Positions 52,260 through 64,000 of a stretch of DNA of 64,000 bases are shown piece after piece. The stretch spans positions 22,446,001 to 22,510,000 of the forward strand of contig NC_087436.1 of NCBI RefSeq assembly GCF_036321535.1, written 5' to 3'. A program made the translations under genes and the position numbers. The stretch comes from Camelus dromedarius (lineage: Eukaryota). The notes below the pieces were generated by a model. It saw only the letters and a list, made by a program, of their open reading frames with translations. It was not told the origin of the DNA and ran no database searches. The stretch's first letter is position 1, and each line of letters opens with the position of its first letter.

Positions 52260-52316
52260 GGCGTGTGTGTGTGTGTGCGCGTGCGCGTGTGCGAGTGCTG
52301 TGTGCACACACATGCA
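52260..52316. repeat. Alternating purine-pyrimidine (GT/GC/CA) tract
   Basis: gcgtgtgtgtgtgtgtgcgcgtgcgcgtgtgcg... Confidence 0.9.
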
Positions 52317-55300
52317 TCTCTGTCATTCTTCAGGATGTGATACAATCTACACTCTTACAGAGCTTTATATATTTTTCAGTGTGATATATGTTACAGACGC
52401 ATGGTGTAGACAAGGTAAATAGCACTGACGCTGTGGTAGAAAATTCTAGCTAGCACCTTATACCTTAAATAGTTTTGGTCAAAAGTTTGATGGGGAAAAA
52501 TTTATAACTAGATAAAATTAATTTTTTTGTGGATTTCAATTATCAATATATTCCAAGGTTGGACTTGACAGAAAATTCAAGGTGAGTCATCATTAAGTAA
52601 AGTTTTCCTGCTTGTTCACATTTTCTTTCAACAAATATGGATCTGATTTTAAGAAGAGGAAGGAATTGTTAAGGAGAACAAAGCGAGGTATTTGATATCA
52701 CTGTGTTAGTTGCTTATAAAGAAAGATAATAGTTAAACTTGTCTTTGTTGTTAGTATTAATCAATGTTCAGAAAAAACTCTCAGTTCACCAAAAACTGTT
52801 TCTGAAGGAAGAAAAGTACAATGAAAGAACAAAGTCGTACATTAATAATCCCTGTAGTGGACTCTACTTGTTCAACTGTTATCTAATGTTGACACTTGAA
52901 AAAAAAAATTGAAAAAAATTGTCTAGAAAAATCACTCCTTGGCAGAAATTACTTCAACACGAACTACAAATTTGTGAATTAAGTTAAAATACACAATCTG
53001 TATGACGCCAAAAGAAAGTAGCGATTCTTGGCCTCAGAAACAACACAGCGGGTCAGCTAACGCCTGGGCGTCGTGCACACCCAGCGGGGAGAATAGGCCC
53101 TCTGCGCTGACGTCTCTTCTCAGGCAGTCAATGATTTCACCCGAGCCCCTGAAGAGTCCGCGGGTTATTATAGGAAAAGAAAGAAGGTCCTATTAGAGGG
53201 TGAAAGGCCATGAAGAGTAACTGCCTTAGGAAAGCAATGGTTTTTTAGCTTCCAATAGAAATATATAAAATATAAATGATACCAAAATGAAATACATGTC
53301 AAGAATCCTACGATTTCACTTTGATTCTTTTGGGTACCCATTACTGTGCTGGAACTGAATATTTACATCAAATAAGCATCATGAGCAGAAAAGAGGAAAG
53401 AAAGTTCTCTTCCCAGTTAAGCACGTCAACATCTGGGATTCCCTGGGCCATCAAGGCACAAGGAAACAGCCCATCTGGACTGCCACCTACCCTTCTATTT
53501 GTTTCTTTAAAGGAAAACGTGAAAAAATAGCTGTGTAGTTAGGCTCCCTTTTGATGCTGGGCAACCCGTTTCTGGGCAAAGCAAAAGATTATTATGACTT
53601 CTATTACCCTTTAAAAAATGTCTTCTCCACCTTTTTATTTAGGTTAATTAGACATGCCAACTCATAAGAAAAAATAAAAGGAAGGAAAGAAATAGTGTTT
53701 CACGGTGCAGCTCTTTTAAGAGTTTAGATCAAGAATCAAAAGGTGTTTTGGGGAAAGAAGGAACATGTACAATGATGGAGGACAGGCACTTTCTCAGGCT
53801 CTGCTTAATTAAGGTAAAACAGGACCACTTGCAGGCACAGAATTACAGGGAGAATGTAGGTGTGCCCTGAGCGAGCTGAATATCAGAGGCGTTAGCCAGT
53901 AAGGGTACAAAGCCAGGGTGACATGACCACAAAAATGTTAGTGGAGAACAAGAAGTTTTAATAAGGAAGAAGTGGCATTAAAGTATGCTCGTTTCAATAA
54001 AAAAGACTCCCCAGAATGTTCAATTAATATTCATTGAGGATTCCCCAGCATGAAGCACTTCTTAGGAGCGATGCCAAGAGTAATAAAAGAGGTGAATTAC
54101 TGAACATAAATGATGCTTGATCCTTGACAATGCTAATATCCAAGAAAAACACCCAAGAGCCCGTTCTAATGTACAGCAAGGGTGGGCTGAACCAGACTAT
54201 TGAGCCCCAGAAGAAAGGCTGGCGGGAGAGAAGTTCTGTGGGAGGAAAGTGGTAACATGAAGGATGCGTCCAAGTACACTCGGCAAACACAGCTCTGAGC
54301 TAAAACGAACTCTCAGGTTCTCAGCTTTTTAACAGCACACAGGGCAGCAACTCATAAACACAATTTCTGATCAAATTTTATGGGACTTTCCTTTATAGCC
54401 AAGACATAAAGCCATCTCCATGCAGGAAGGTTTGCAACAAAACTTCCCGTCAAGAGTTCGACAGAAACAGAACCATCTGACAGGTCTCTGATACTCAAAC
54501 AACAACAACAACAAAAAGCAATCATACAATATTCATTCAGTAGAATGAAGCAATAAAACACAGGAAGACAGCTCACTTCTGGACATGGTATAGGAGGCAT
54601 TAGACTTCCGCCTCTAACCCTCACAGTCACACACTCCCTCCAGCTATAATAAAATATTGCTATCCAGACAGAAAATCAGCACATTGGCTTCCAAAGCACA
54701 TGGACTTGGTAGTTTCCCTATCAGAATCCAACAGCTTTATGAAGCCATGCGCTGACAGAATGGCAGTGTAAAAAGAAAATAAAATCAAAAGAAAAACAGA
54801 TAAACAGCTGCTTCCCCTTGCACTAGGGCATCACTGCAAACATATAGTAGAAGAGGTTCCTGCACAGTGAAAATTCTTTTTGTTCCTTCCCTCCTGAACA
54901 ACAGCGTGAATAGTTTTGTTCTATTTTGGTTGCTATTTTCCAAACTTTATTACCAGGAAAATCATTTCCCAAGTGCAGGTTGCCCATAATATCCTCCCTT
55001 CTAGGGAGAGAAGTTATAGCTCAGACCCTATTTCTAATTGAACTGCTCATTTAATTTTCTTGAACAGTTTAAAACATCATTTGGATGCTTTGACTTGTCA
55101 CACTGGGCCATCAATTTGGGGGAGAACCCATCAGAATGACAACACTAGTGTTTCATATATTTCACAAAGAAAGGCAAAAACAACTTTGCTAAGACAATGT
55201 GTAATAAACACTTTGGCCGTAGTCTACTATCATGATGCCTGTGTTTTCATATTTTGGTAATTTAGCCTGAATAACAGAAATATTCATGTCTTATCAAATC

Positions 55301-56009
55301 ATGGCTAGATTGTGCCCAAATAACAATCAAAATAAAAGATACTTCTGGTGAAGTGAGAGAAAAAGCAACAAGAAAAGGAAAGAAAAACACTTGAGAAGAG
55401 CAGAGTGTGCAAAAAATTGGAACCCAAGAGTTTCACTGTGTGAAGAAAGAAAAACAATCCTATAACTTAAGTATGACAAATCCCATGCACATTCCAATCA
55501 GTTTTACTATAGTCACACACATTCATCTACACATTTTTTTTCATCTTTTTGAGATCCAACAAACAAATTTCTAAGTAGTCAAATCAAAATAAATTAAATA
55601 TCTCTAGCGACTTGGAAACTGACAAAAGTACACCACAAACGTGTTTAGAAAAAAAATCTGCTCATTTTACAGTTAGGGGCAGTGAGGTTCACAGATGGCT
55701 AATAAATTGTCTGAAATTACTTAACTATTGAGTGAACTAGGATTGGACTTTGTTTCACCCATAAACTAGACTGTTCTTAATAGAACTGAGCTCGTTATAG
55801 TCTGTGACGCTCTGCCTGACCTAGTAAATCATGGGGGAAAAAAACCCAGATTCATTCATTGTCTTGATGGAGAAAAAAGGAAGATTCGAAAGCTGTCAAC
55901 AAAGAAATTAATGGTTCTCCTGGAAAAAGTTACACTCAACAGCCTAAGGAGTATATACCATATATTTGATTATGTTATTTTAAATCATCAAAGTAACACT
56001 TATCTGATT

Positions 56010-56031
56010 TGTGTGTGTGTGTGTGTGTGTG
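56010..56031. repeat. (TG)11 microsatellite
   Basis: Direct reading. Confidence 0.9.
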
Positions 56032-56679
56032 CATTGGATCAAATATCCCACTTCCTAAAAAAATCATGTGGTTAGATCTAGCTAATGGTAGCTTTGTATG
56101 CTAAGAATGGGATTTTTCTTGATTGACTTTATACTTTTTTGCAGTTCCCTTAGCACATCGCTATAGGAATTATTGTCACTCAATCACCTCTGAAAAAAAT
56201 ACGAATAAAGGAGAAAAACTATGATTGCACTCAAATTTCTGCAAGAAACTGAAATGGGCGTGACTCTGAGTTAACCAAGTCTTTAAAGTGTGTTCAAAAG
56301 ATAAGCAGAAGGTAGACGGGGTACAAGTAGAAACCAAAGCCTGAAGTCAAATAGGGCAGACTAAACTAAACTAAGTGCAAATAGCAGACAGATGCAGAGC
56401 ATGACAAAACCTAACTCATGTGACTCTTGACCGTCTGGGTCTTCTATTTCACAGGACCAGTGTGCATGTAAAGTCTGTGTTGGACCTTCTAAGGCAGTAC
56501 TTTTCACAGCAGTATATGGTACCAACAGAGTCTGCCTACACAGTAACAAGGCCGGCTTCCGAAATGCCCGTGGATAAAATCAAGCCCCCTGATGAACATG
56601 GTCTAAGGACAAAGTTCTGTAGTTCGACCAAACGAGGCTGGAGATCCAACTCAGTCAATTCCTATTTTGAGTAATAGGG

Positions 56680-57255
56680 TGTAGCAAGCAGAATTATACA
56701 CCTCATCCCCCAAATTCCCACCTTAAATGGACGTATGATAAGCTATCACCCCTGTGGATATATGATGTTATACAGCACAGTTGACCCTAACGGGGAGACT
56801 ATCTGGCGGTGGGGGGGTTCTTTTCTTTCTTAAAAGCAAAGAACTTTGGCAAAAGAAAGCCAGAGAGACTCCAGTCACGAGAAGGATTACAGGTGCCTTG
56901 ACTGGTCTCAGGATTAAGGGAGCCATGTAAGAAGGAACCTGGTAGCTTCTAGAAGTGGTGTGTAGCCCTTGCTGACACCAGCAAGGAAACAAGGACCTCA
57001 CTCCTACAACCACAAGAAACTGAATTCCGCCAACAACCTGAATGAACTTGGCGATGGATTTTTTTTTCCCCAGAGCCTCTGCACAAGAGCTCAGTTTGGC
57101 AAATACCTTAATTTCCACATTGTGAGACCCTAAGTAAAGCACCCAGTCAAGCTTGTATGGACTTATGATCTATATAACTGTGATACAATTAATGGGTGTT
57201 ATTTTAAGCCACTAAGTTTGTAATGATTTGTTACACAGCATAGAAAATTAATATA
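56680..57255 (+). mobile_element. MaLR solo LTR (MLT1D/E-like) inserted into a MIR
   Basis: Perfect 5-bp TSD taggg (56675-56679 and 57256-57260), MLT1 3' end aagccactaagtttg...ttgttacacagca, and MIR halves at about 56595-56679 and 57261-57385. Confidence 0.9.
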
Positions 57256-58109
57256 TAGGGCAATTTATTTAACTTCCAAAGCCTGTAAAAAACAGAGATA
57301 ATAAAGTAAATCATAACTAGTTGTAATGAGGAGTAATGAGACGATGCATGCAATGTGTCTAGCCACAATATTTAGCATGCAGTAAAAATTTAAGATGCAA
57401 TTACTGTACTTTTAAATACATCACTTTATAAAATTTCAAAGATATCTGACACATTTTGTAAGTCAACCTTTCTGAAATCCTCTGCAAAACTGTTTGGATG
57501 TTACTTGCTCCTGGATTCCCTCATACCTTGGACAGACTTCCAGGTTTGTGAAATTAAAATGAAGTTTCATATGAGATAGCACAATAAAATAATCAGATGA
57601 TTCACAAAGTACATGCGAAAATCAGTCTGGTTAATTTGCATTTTCATCCTATATATGCTACATTTCATTTGAGCATAAAAAAAAACAAACTAGATAGCCT
57701 TAAAAAGGATTAGGATACTAATAAATAAAAATCGTAAGTGCTCTAAGTTGTGGTTCTCTATTACAATAAAGGACAGCTGAAGAATTACCTGAAACCTGTA
57801 CAAATCTAATATCAATTTTATCAATGCTCTCTAAAATTTAGGACTCAAACAGAAAAGTTTAAGTGCTCTGTGAATGTTCAGTTTGCTTACATTCTTCCAC
57901 TGGTCCAAACAAAGCTTGGTTATGAAAGCAGAAATGTAGGTTGAGAGAGAAGGGCAGAAAGTTAATTACGTTAGAATATTAGAAATGGGATAGGAAACCA
58001 GAGTGTTTGTTTTGAGAGAGGACAAACCATATAATAAAATTAAAAAGAGTGGATCTATGAGATTGCTGTCAAGATTACAGCAAGATGTTTTATATATATG
58101 AGATACATG

Positions 58110-58378
58110 GACAGAAGTTAAGGAAAGGTCATTATATAATGACAAAGGGGTCAATCCAACGTTTGTAAATATTTATGCATCCAACATAGGAGTACCTAAA
58201 TATGTAAAGCAAATGTCAATATACCAAAGGGGAGAAATGCAATAACAGTAGGGAACTTTAACACCCCATTTGTATCAACGCATAGATTATCTAGACAGAA
58301 AATCAGTCAGGAAACACTTGGCTTAAACTACACGTTAGATCAGGGCCTAATATTCCATCCAAAAGCAGCAGAGTATTT
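58110..58378 (+). mobile_element. L1 ORF2 endonuclease-region fragment
   Basis: ggtcattatataatgacaaaggggtcaatcca...atttatgcatccaacataggagtacctaaatatg...gggaactttaacacccca. Confidence 0.85.
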
Positions 58379-59269
58379 AAAGACCAGAAGATAAAAAATT
58401 GCGTTGCATTTCAAGAAAATGAAAAGCATTCCGTATAGCTAGAGACTATAATCAACATATAGAATTGTCTGTAAGCTGGATTATTTTCACTTTGTTTCCA
58501 CTGCTTTTTTCTGTTTGTTGGTTTGTTTGTTTTTTAATTAGGCAGCACCAAACCAGAATGGTTAGAAGCTCTCCTGCTTTCATACACTAAGTCTACTCTT
58601 CAGTCTATACTCTGTGAGTATTTTTCAGTGGAAGATTATTGCTACTCCCAAATGTCTGAAATCCTTGTTTTTTGCAAAATGGAGACATTTGTTTCTGTTT
58701 TATCATACATACCTTCAAGATGTGTATATAAATTATAAAGTCACTGAGACTACAAAACAGCAATGATAGATCAGCACCACAAAATAAATATTTTGTCACG
58801 AGGTCATTTAAAAAATAAGGAGACTAACCACTTAGAAATGACATTGAAACTACTAGATTAAAACAAAAAATAAAGCAAAATGACTCCCTCTCCCCAATCT
58901 ATTCTCTCTAAACTTTGGTTATGGATTGAGATGAAAAGAAAACTGAATTAAAGTATATTTATCGTTTCGTCATGAAAGAACAAAAGTGAAAGCTAGTAAG
59001 AGGCAGAATTTATTTCTATTGCTAAACCACTGAAGACAGTGTCATGATCAACTAGTGAGACTTTAAAATTCTGAAACTAGCAGACTTTCCTCTTAGATAC
59101 AGACAGATCCGTTTACTCATAACACATCAGTTAGAAGATGCTGCAATATTTCCTTTATCTTAATTCATATTATTATTTAATAGAAATGATTACTGAAATA
59201 CAAGAAAGAAATGCAACTGTCAGCCATTGTATATAGAAAAAGACTTACATTTTACCAAACGTGAAATGA

Positions 59270-59748
59270 AAACCTACCATGTTGCAAAGATGACCACAAC
59301 AATTTGTCCCTTCCATCCCGGTGCCCTTGTGCAATGTGATGTCACCATTTCTCCTAGCAAGAGGTGGAGTCTCCCTCCCATTGACTGGGGTTGGCCCTGT
59401 CCTATAATTTACTGTGACTGACAGGATGTGGTCAAAATAAAGTACAACTTTCAAGGCTTGGGGTAAGAAGCCTTGCCTCTCTGTTTTCTCCATCTTTGAA
59501 TGCTTCTGCTGTCACGAAAGAAAATCCAGCTAGACTGCTAAATGAAAAAACCACATGGAGAGAAAAACACAGACCACAGCCAGCTCCCAAGGCCCCAGAC
59601 ATATGAATGACGAATCTTGATTAAACCAAGACAAGACCAGCAGAGAAACTGACCAGTCAACAAACAGGATCATGAGAAACAATACAGCATTGTGGCTTTA
59701 AGTCAATAAATTTTGAGGGGTTTGTTACCCAGCAATAGATAACTGATC
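59270..59748 (+). mobile_element. MaLR LTR (MLT1F/G/H-like)
   Basis: caagaggtggagtct and ttgttacccagcaatagataactga motifs. Confidence 0.8.
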
Positions 59749-60097
59749 ACCATATGTAAATTTTTAAAACACAAGATTTAGAAAACATTAGTTAGTAATC
59801 TCTTGTCAATAAATCCCTCAGTCTATAATGTGAAATCATCTAACTTTCTACAGCGCTTTGCAGTATTTTTCACAACCTCATTTCCCCCCTAATCTTATGA
59901 GCTAGTTAATTATTTTTATTATTATCTAGACTTAGAGAGAAGAAAACAAAGGCTGATTAGACTAGCTGGCTCATAACCTTGCCACAAAACTGTATCTTCA
60001 TTAATATGAGCTTCCTTAGGTGTGCGATATCTTACTCATCCCTGTGTTTCAAGCACATGCAAGACGATTAACATAAAAAAGGCTATTTTTAAAAGGT

Positions 60098-60129
60098 TGG
60101 ATGGATGGATGGATGAATGGATGGATGAA
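60098..60129. repeat. (GGAT)n-type tetranucleotide repeat
   Basis: Direct reading; possibly an L2 tail. Confidence 0.8.
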
Positions 60130-60817
60130 TCAACCTGTTGCTTCCTCTGCTATTTCCGCTACTTAAGAAAACTGATATACATGTAGCCCACCCCCACGCC
60201 CCTCCAAGGTCTTTCTTTTCCATGCTAGTTGATTTTGCCATTTTTCACTTGAGTTAGTACCTAGATAATTTATATTTCTGGTTGTCTTTTTCTAAGTAAA
60301 ACCTAATTTATCAATGTTTTTCTCAAAACTTAGTACCTGAATTGAACATGATATTGAATTTATCTAAAACCACTTTCTGTAATCTGGACTCTGCATCTAT
60401 AAGAAAATTATACTCTTTGTAGATGTCAAAAGTTTATCTGCAATAAGGTATCACCTTAAATAAGACAAATCAAATAATTTCTTGGTTTTAATGGGAAAAG
60501 ACTGAATCTCTCTCAAAATCTGTTGTAAAAAGCAAAATGCCTTTGATAACTCGAGATCAATAAAATTCTGTCTGGCAAATATAATTACTCTCTAGTGATC
60601 TACTTGAATTGAGGGCATAAATGAATGGACTCATTAATTCTGGCTAGTTTAAGAGGCTTCTTAAAATTGTGCCATTGATTTTGGTTTATGTAAAAAGAAT
60701 TAAAGAACTCAAAATGTTTTATTAAATTCTTTCTAGAATTCATTCATTTTGATCAGGTTTAAAAGAATACAACACCCTCAAATCCCATAGTTAACACATA
60801 ACTAATCCCCATTTCTT

Positions 60818-60980
60818 TCTTTTTTTTTTTAACATTTTTTATTGATTTATAATCATTTTACAATGTTGTGTCCAATTCCAGTGTTCAGCACAATTTTTCA
60901 GTTATTCATGGACATATATATACACACTCATTGTCACATTTTTTTCTCTGTGAGTTATCGTAACATTTTGTATATATTTC
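60818..60980 (-). mobile_element. Short young L1 3' end with poly(A)
   Basis: Same family as 61771 and 38802; possible TSD atttctt. Confidence 0.85.
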
Positions 60981-61491
60981 TTGACGCCAAGTGCAGTTGG
61001 CTACCATTATGTGCTGTTTTGTTCTGTCATTTATCACGATGCTCTCATAAACCAGAGGTAGCACTTTTTGTCTCTGTGACACCCAGTAAGTCAAACTTTA
61101 TTTTGCATTAATTTTCACAGAATTATGGAATTAGGAATTTTCAGAAACTATATTATCTATGTTAAATTCTAAACAATAATTTATAAAACTTATCTGTGTT
61201 AATTTCATTGAACTTACTTTTGTATTTAGTTGATGGAAGTCCTTAGAAAGTAACTTTACAGGGCTCACAAGAAGTAAGACATAATTTTTATAAAATCTAT
61301 TTCTGGGAAAAAAACTTATAACTTAAATACTTATATAATTTTATTTTCACAAGAAAATTAGACTCTAATTAGAATACTGCATATAGTATTCCATACTCAG
61401 TAATGACTTTTCAAAATATTTATATGCTGAGATTAAGAAATCTAGATCTCCAGCCCTACTACCTGCTACGGCTCTGTTCTTATAAACTACA

Positions 61492-61690
61492 GCAGGAGTT
61501 TGTAAACTATGGATTTAAAGGGGCCAATCAGGTGGCAGATTGTTTTTGTTCTACATTTTTACTTAAAAAAATTTAAAAATAGTAAAAGAAGAAATTTTTA
61601 AAAGATTATGTAAGAGAGACCATATTTATACCACAAAGACTAAAATATTTACTGTTCAGCCCATTACATAAAAAAATTTGCCAATCCCTA
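61492..61690. mobile_element. MER58-like hAT MITE
   Basis: ctaaaatatttactgttcagccc...tttgccaatccct. Confidence 0.65.
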
Positions 61691-61770
61691 CCTGAATAGC
61701 CTGTCACTAAGACTATACTTTCAGGGATTATTTCTATAGTTCATGAATAGCCTGTCACTATCTCAGACTT

Positions 61771-62208
61771 TTTTTTTTTTTAACATTTTTTACTGAGTTA
61801 TAATCCTTTTACAATGTTGTGTCAAATTCCAGTGTAGAGCACAATTTTTCAGTTATACATGAACATATATATATTCATTGTCACATTTTTTTCTCTGTGA
61901 GCTACCATAAGATCTTGTATATATTTCCCTGTGTTATACAGTATAATCTTGTTTATCTATTCTACAATTTTGAAATCCCAGTCTCTCTTCCCACCCCCCG
62001 CCCCCTTGGCAACCACAAGTTTGTATTCAATGTCTGTGAGTCTATTTCTGTTTTGCATTTATGCTTTGTTTTTATTTTTTTGGGTTTTTTTTTTTTCAGT
62101 TGATTCCACATATGAGCGATCTCATATGGTATTTTTCTTTCTCCCAGCTGGCTTACTTCACTTAGAATGACATTCTCCAGGAGCATCCATGTTGCTGCAA
62201 ATGGCGTT
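61771..62208 (-). mobile_element. Young 5'-truncated lineage-specific L1
   Basis: Poly(T) on the plus strand; TSD tatctcagactt (61759-61770) / tatctcaaactt (62209-62220); minus ORF begins MLLENVILSEVSQ, like the L1 ORF2 C-terminus. Confidence 0.92.
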
Positions 62209-62839
62209 TATCTCAAACTTAATTAATCTAAAATTAATTTTCAGTTTTTCTGTGAAGACAATACCCTCTTCTTAAATTCTCCATTTCTCTTAAAATCAGC
62301 CATAATTAAACCATGACCCTTAGCTTAGAAACACCCTTTGCCAGAGTCTCTCTCTGACCCCTGATAACCATTTCTGTGCTTTTCTCTGTCACCAGTGCTG
62401 TTTGCAACAACTGAATCGAGGCTTACGTCACCTTAAGGCTGAATTCTAGTGATCACTATCTTTATTTCACTCTTTGATTCTACTGTCTGTGTTCTAATGG
62501 GTTAATTTAAACAACAACTTTACTCTCTTTATACCATCACTCAAATTTTATCAAGGCCTCCTAGTCTCACTGTTGTTTGTTGAAATTATATGGCATTTTC
62601 AAAGTCCTACTTAATCAGGTACCTGCATTTCGAATTTTATTATTTTTTTAATTAAAGTACAGTTGGTTACAATGTATCAGTTTCTGGTTCCAACTTTATT
62701 TTCCATGTAAATGTTTGCCAGTAGGAAGTTACTCATCTCCCGTCAGTCAGGCCATCACTTTATTTTACTTATGTTCTACATTTTCAAATATATAAAAGAA
62801 GGCTGACTTTTTTTTACGATTACTGATAATAATGGGAAA

Positions 62840-63090
62840 AGAGTAATTGCTAACAAATATTAAGTACTGATTACTAGTTACTGTTCTAAGTTACTTACAT
62901 ATTATTAACTAATTTATTGTTTCATTGACTTTATAAGGAAGTTAGTGTATCATCATTCTAAAGATGAGGAATCTGAGGAACAGAGATTTCTTGCCCAAAG
63001 TCACACAACTAGTGAGTGGCAGCACCAGGGCAGGAAACAGGCAGCCTGGCTTCCTTCCATGTTTTTACCATTGTAATACACTCCTCTCAG
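62840..63090 (-). mobile_element. MIR
   Basis: agatgaggaatctgaggaacagaga...cttgcccaaagtcacacaactagtgagtggcag. Confidence 0.85.
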
Positions 63091-64000
63091 AATTAAACCA
63101 GTGTCACTTCCTGTTTGGAAAATGCCTACTGCCTGGCTATCCTGAGGCTCCTACCTTGAAAATGAAAGTTGGCCTGAACAGAGCTAATTCTACAGTAGAG
63201 AGTGAACACACTACCTGTCAATGAAGGGTAGACAACAGGTTGCCCTCAGGATCAGAAAGTGGGAGGCAAGTAGATGTTTCAGCCAGAAGGGTGCGTGATA
63301 AAGCCTCCACCGAGGGGCTGGTACCTTGGTGGAGTGGGTTGAGTGTGCATTTGGTGGCAGGGCTTGGTCCTGCCCCCTACTTGGGAATCCCTGATGGACA
63401 CCAAGAAGAAGGGCAGCTAAATGTGATAGAAAAGCAAAGGTGAGGACTCATTAGGCAGAGAGAAGGACTGAGTTAACACACCCAAGCTTCCTCCCTAGAA
63501 GGAATCCAGAAGTTTTTGCCAGAACCCACAAAAGAACACAGATGACAACTAAGGAGAAAGACAGAGACTTGCAAGGGAGAGGCAGTGGTGAGGTGGCATA
63601 CAGGAAGGTGACCCCAGCACAGCAGAGATGGCTTAAAGGTGTGACCTAGATAGGCAGACTGAGGTTCAGAGGATCTGCAGTACCTGTCTTTCAAAAAGCC
63701 CTCCTTTATAAAGAAAACACATCTTAACAAGGATGTGCCTATATTTTCTAGCATGTGTAGCACTAAGCATTATCTCTGTCACAAAATCAATCATTTAACA
63801 AGTTTTAATAATATCACAAAGTGGTTTACCTGCAATTATATACTATATATTAATAAAAGGGATACACCCTTCCTGTATACTTTTTAAATGAACAAATTAC
63901 AGTTATATGAAGTGAGCTTTATTAACAGTGAGAGTTGTCCCATGAAAAATATTAACAATATCAGGTTAGGTTTCCACAGAATATTAAAATAACCTATGAT

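Noticed and set aside
37900..64000. IL15 promoter and non-coding exons 1-2
   Set aside because: No CpG island or match to the recalled exon sequences was seen, so they are expected beyond the window end.
1..64000. CRISPR arrays, operons, intact transposase or retroviral genes, or another novel multi-gene system
   Set aside because: This is mammalian single-gene DNA; all repeats are explained as decayed TEs or microsatellites and no long intact ORF exists.

Overview
Mammalian genomic DNA, most likely from a camelid: it carries two tRNA-derived SINEs resembling camelid Vic-1 and young cetartiodactyl-type L1 3' ends. The only gene is IL15 (interleukin-15) on the minus strand. Six coding exons (12+98+85+45+138+111 nt = 489 nt) have canonical GT donors; the five downstream exons have canonical AG acceptors, and the start-codon exon has two candidate AG acceptors. 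They encode an intact 162-aa long-signal-peptide precursor, followed by a 3' UTR with AATAAA at 24820-24825. About 37.9-64 kb is inferred to be the large 5' UTR intron, with the promoter and non-coding exons lying beyond the window. About 1-24.8 kb is downstream intergenic sequence. The rest is dense with L1, L2, MIR, LTR and hAT relics, several nested with readable target-site duplications (TSDs). I found no convincing previously undescribed biological system. The best leads are a disabled homologue of human IL15 exon 4a, an in-frame uORF stopping 3 nt before the IL15 ATG, a reduced N-glycosylation pattern, a probable L1 3' transduction, and an internally deleted L1 with an in-frame ORF1/ORF2 fusion. 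Repeat family names and human comparisons come from recall, not from a search.
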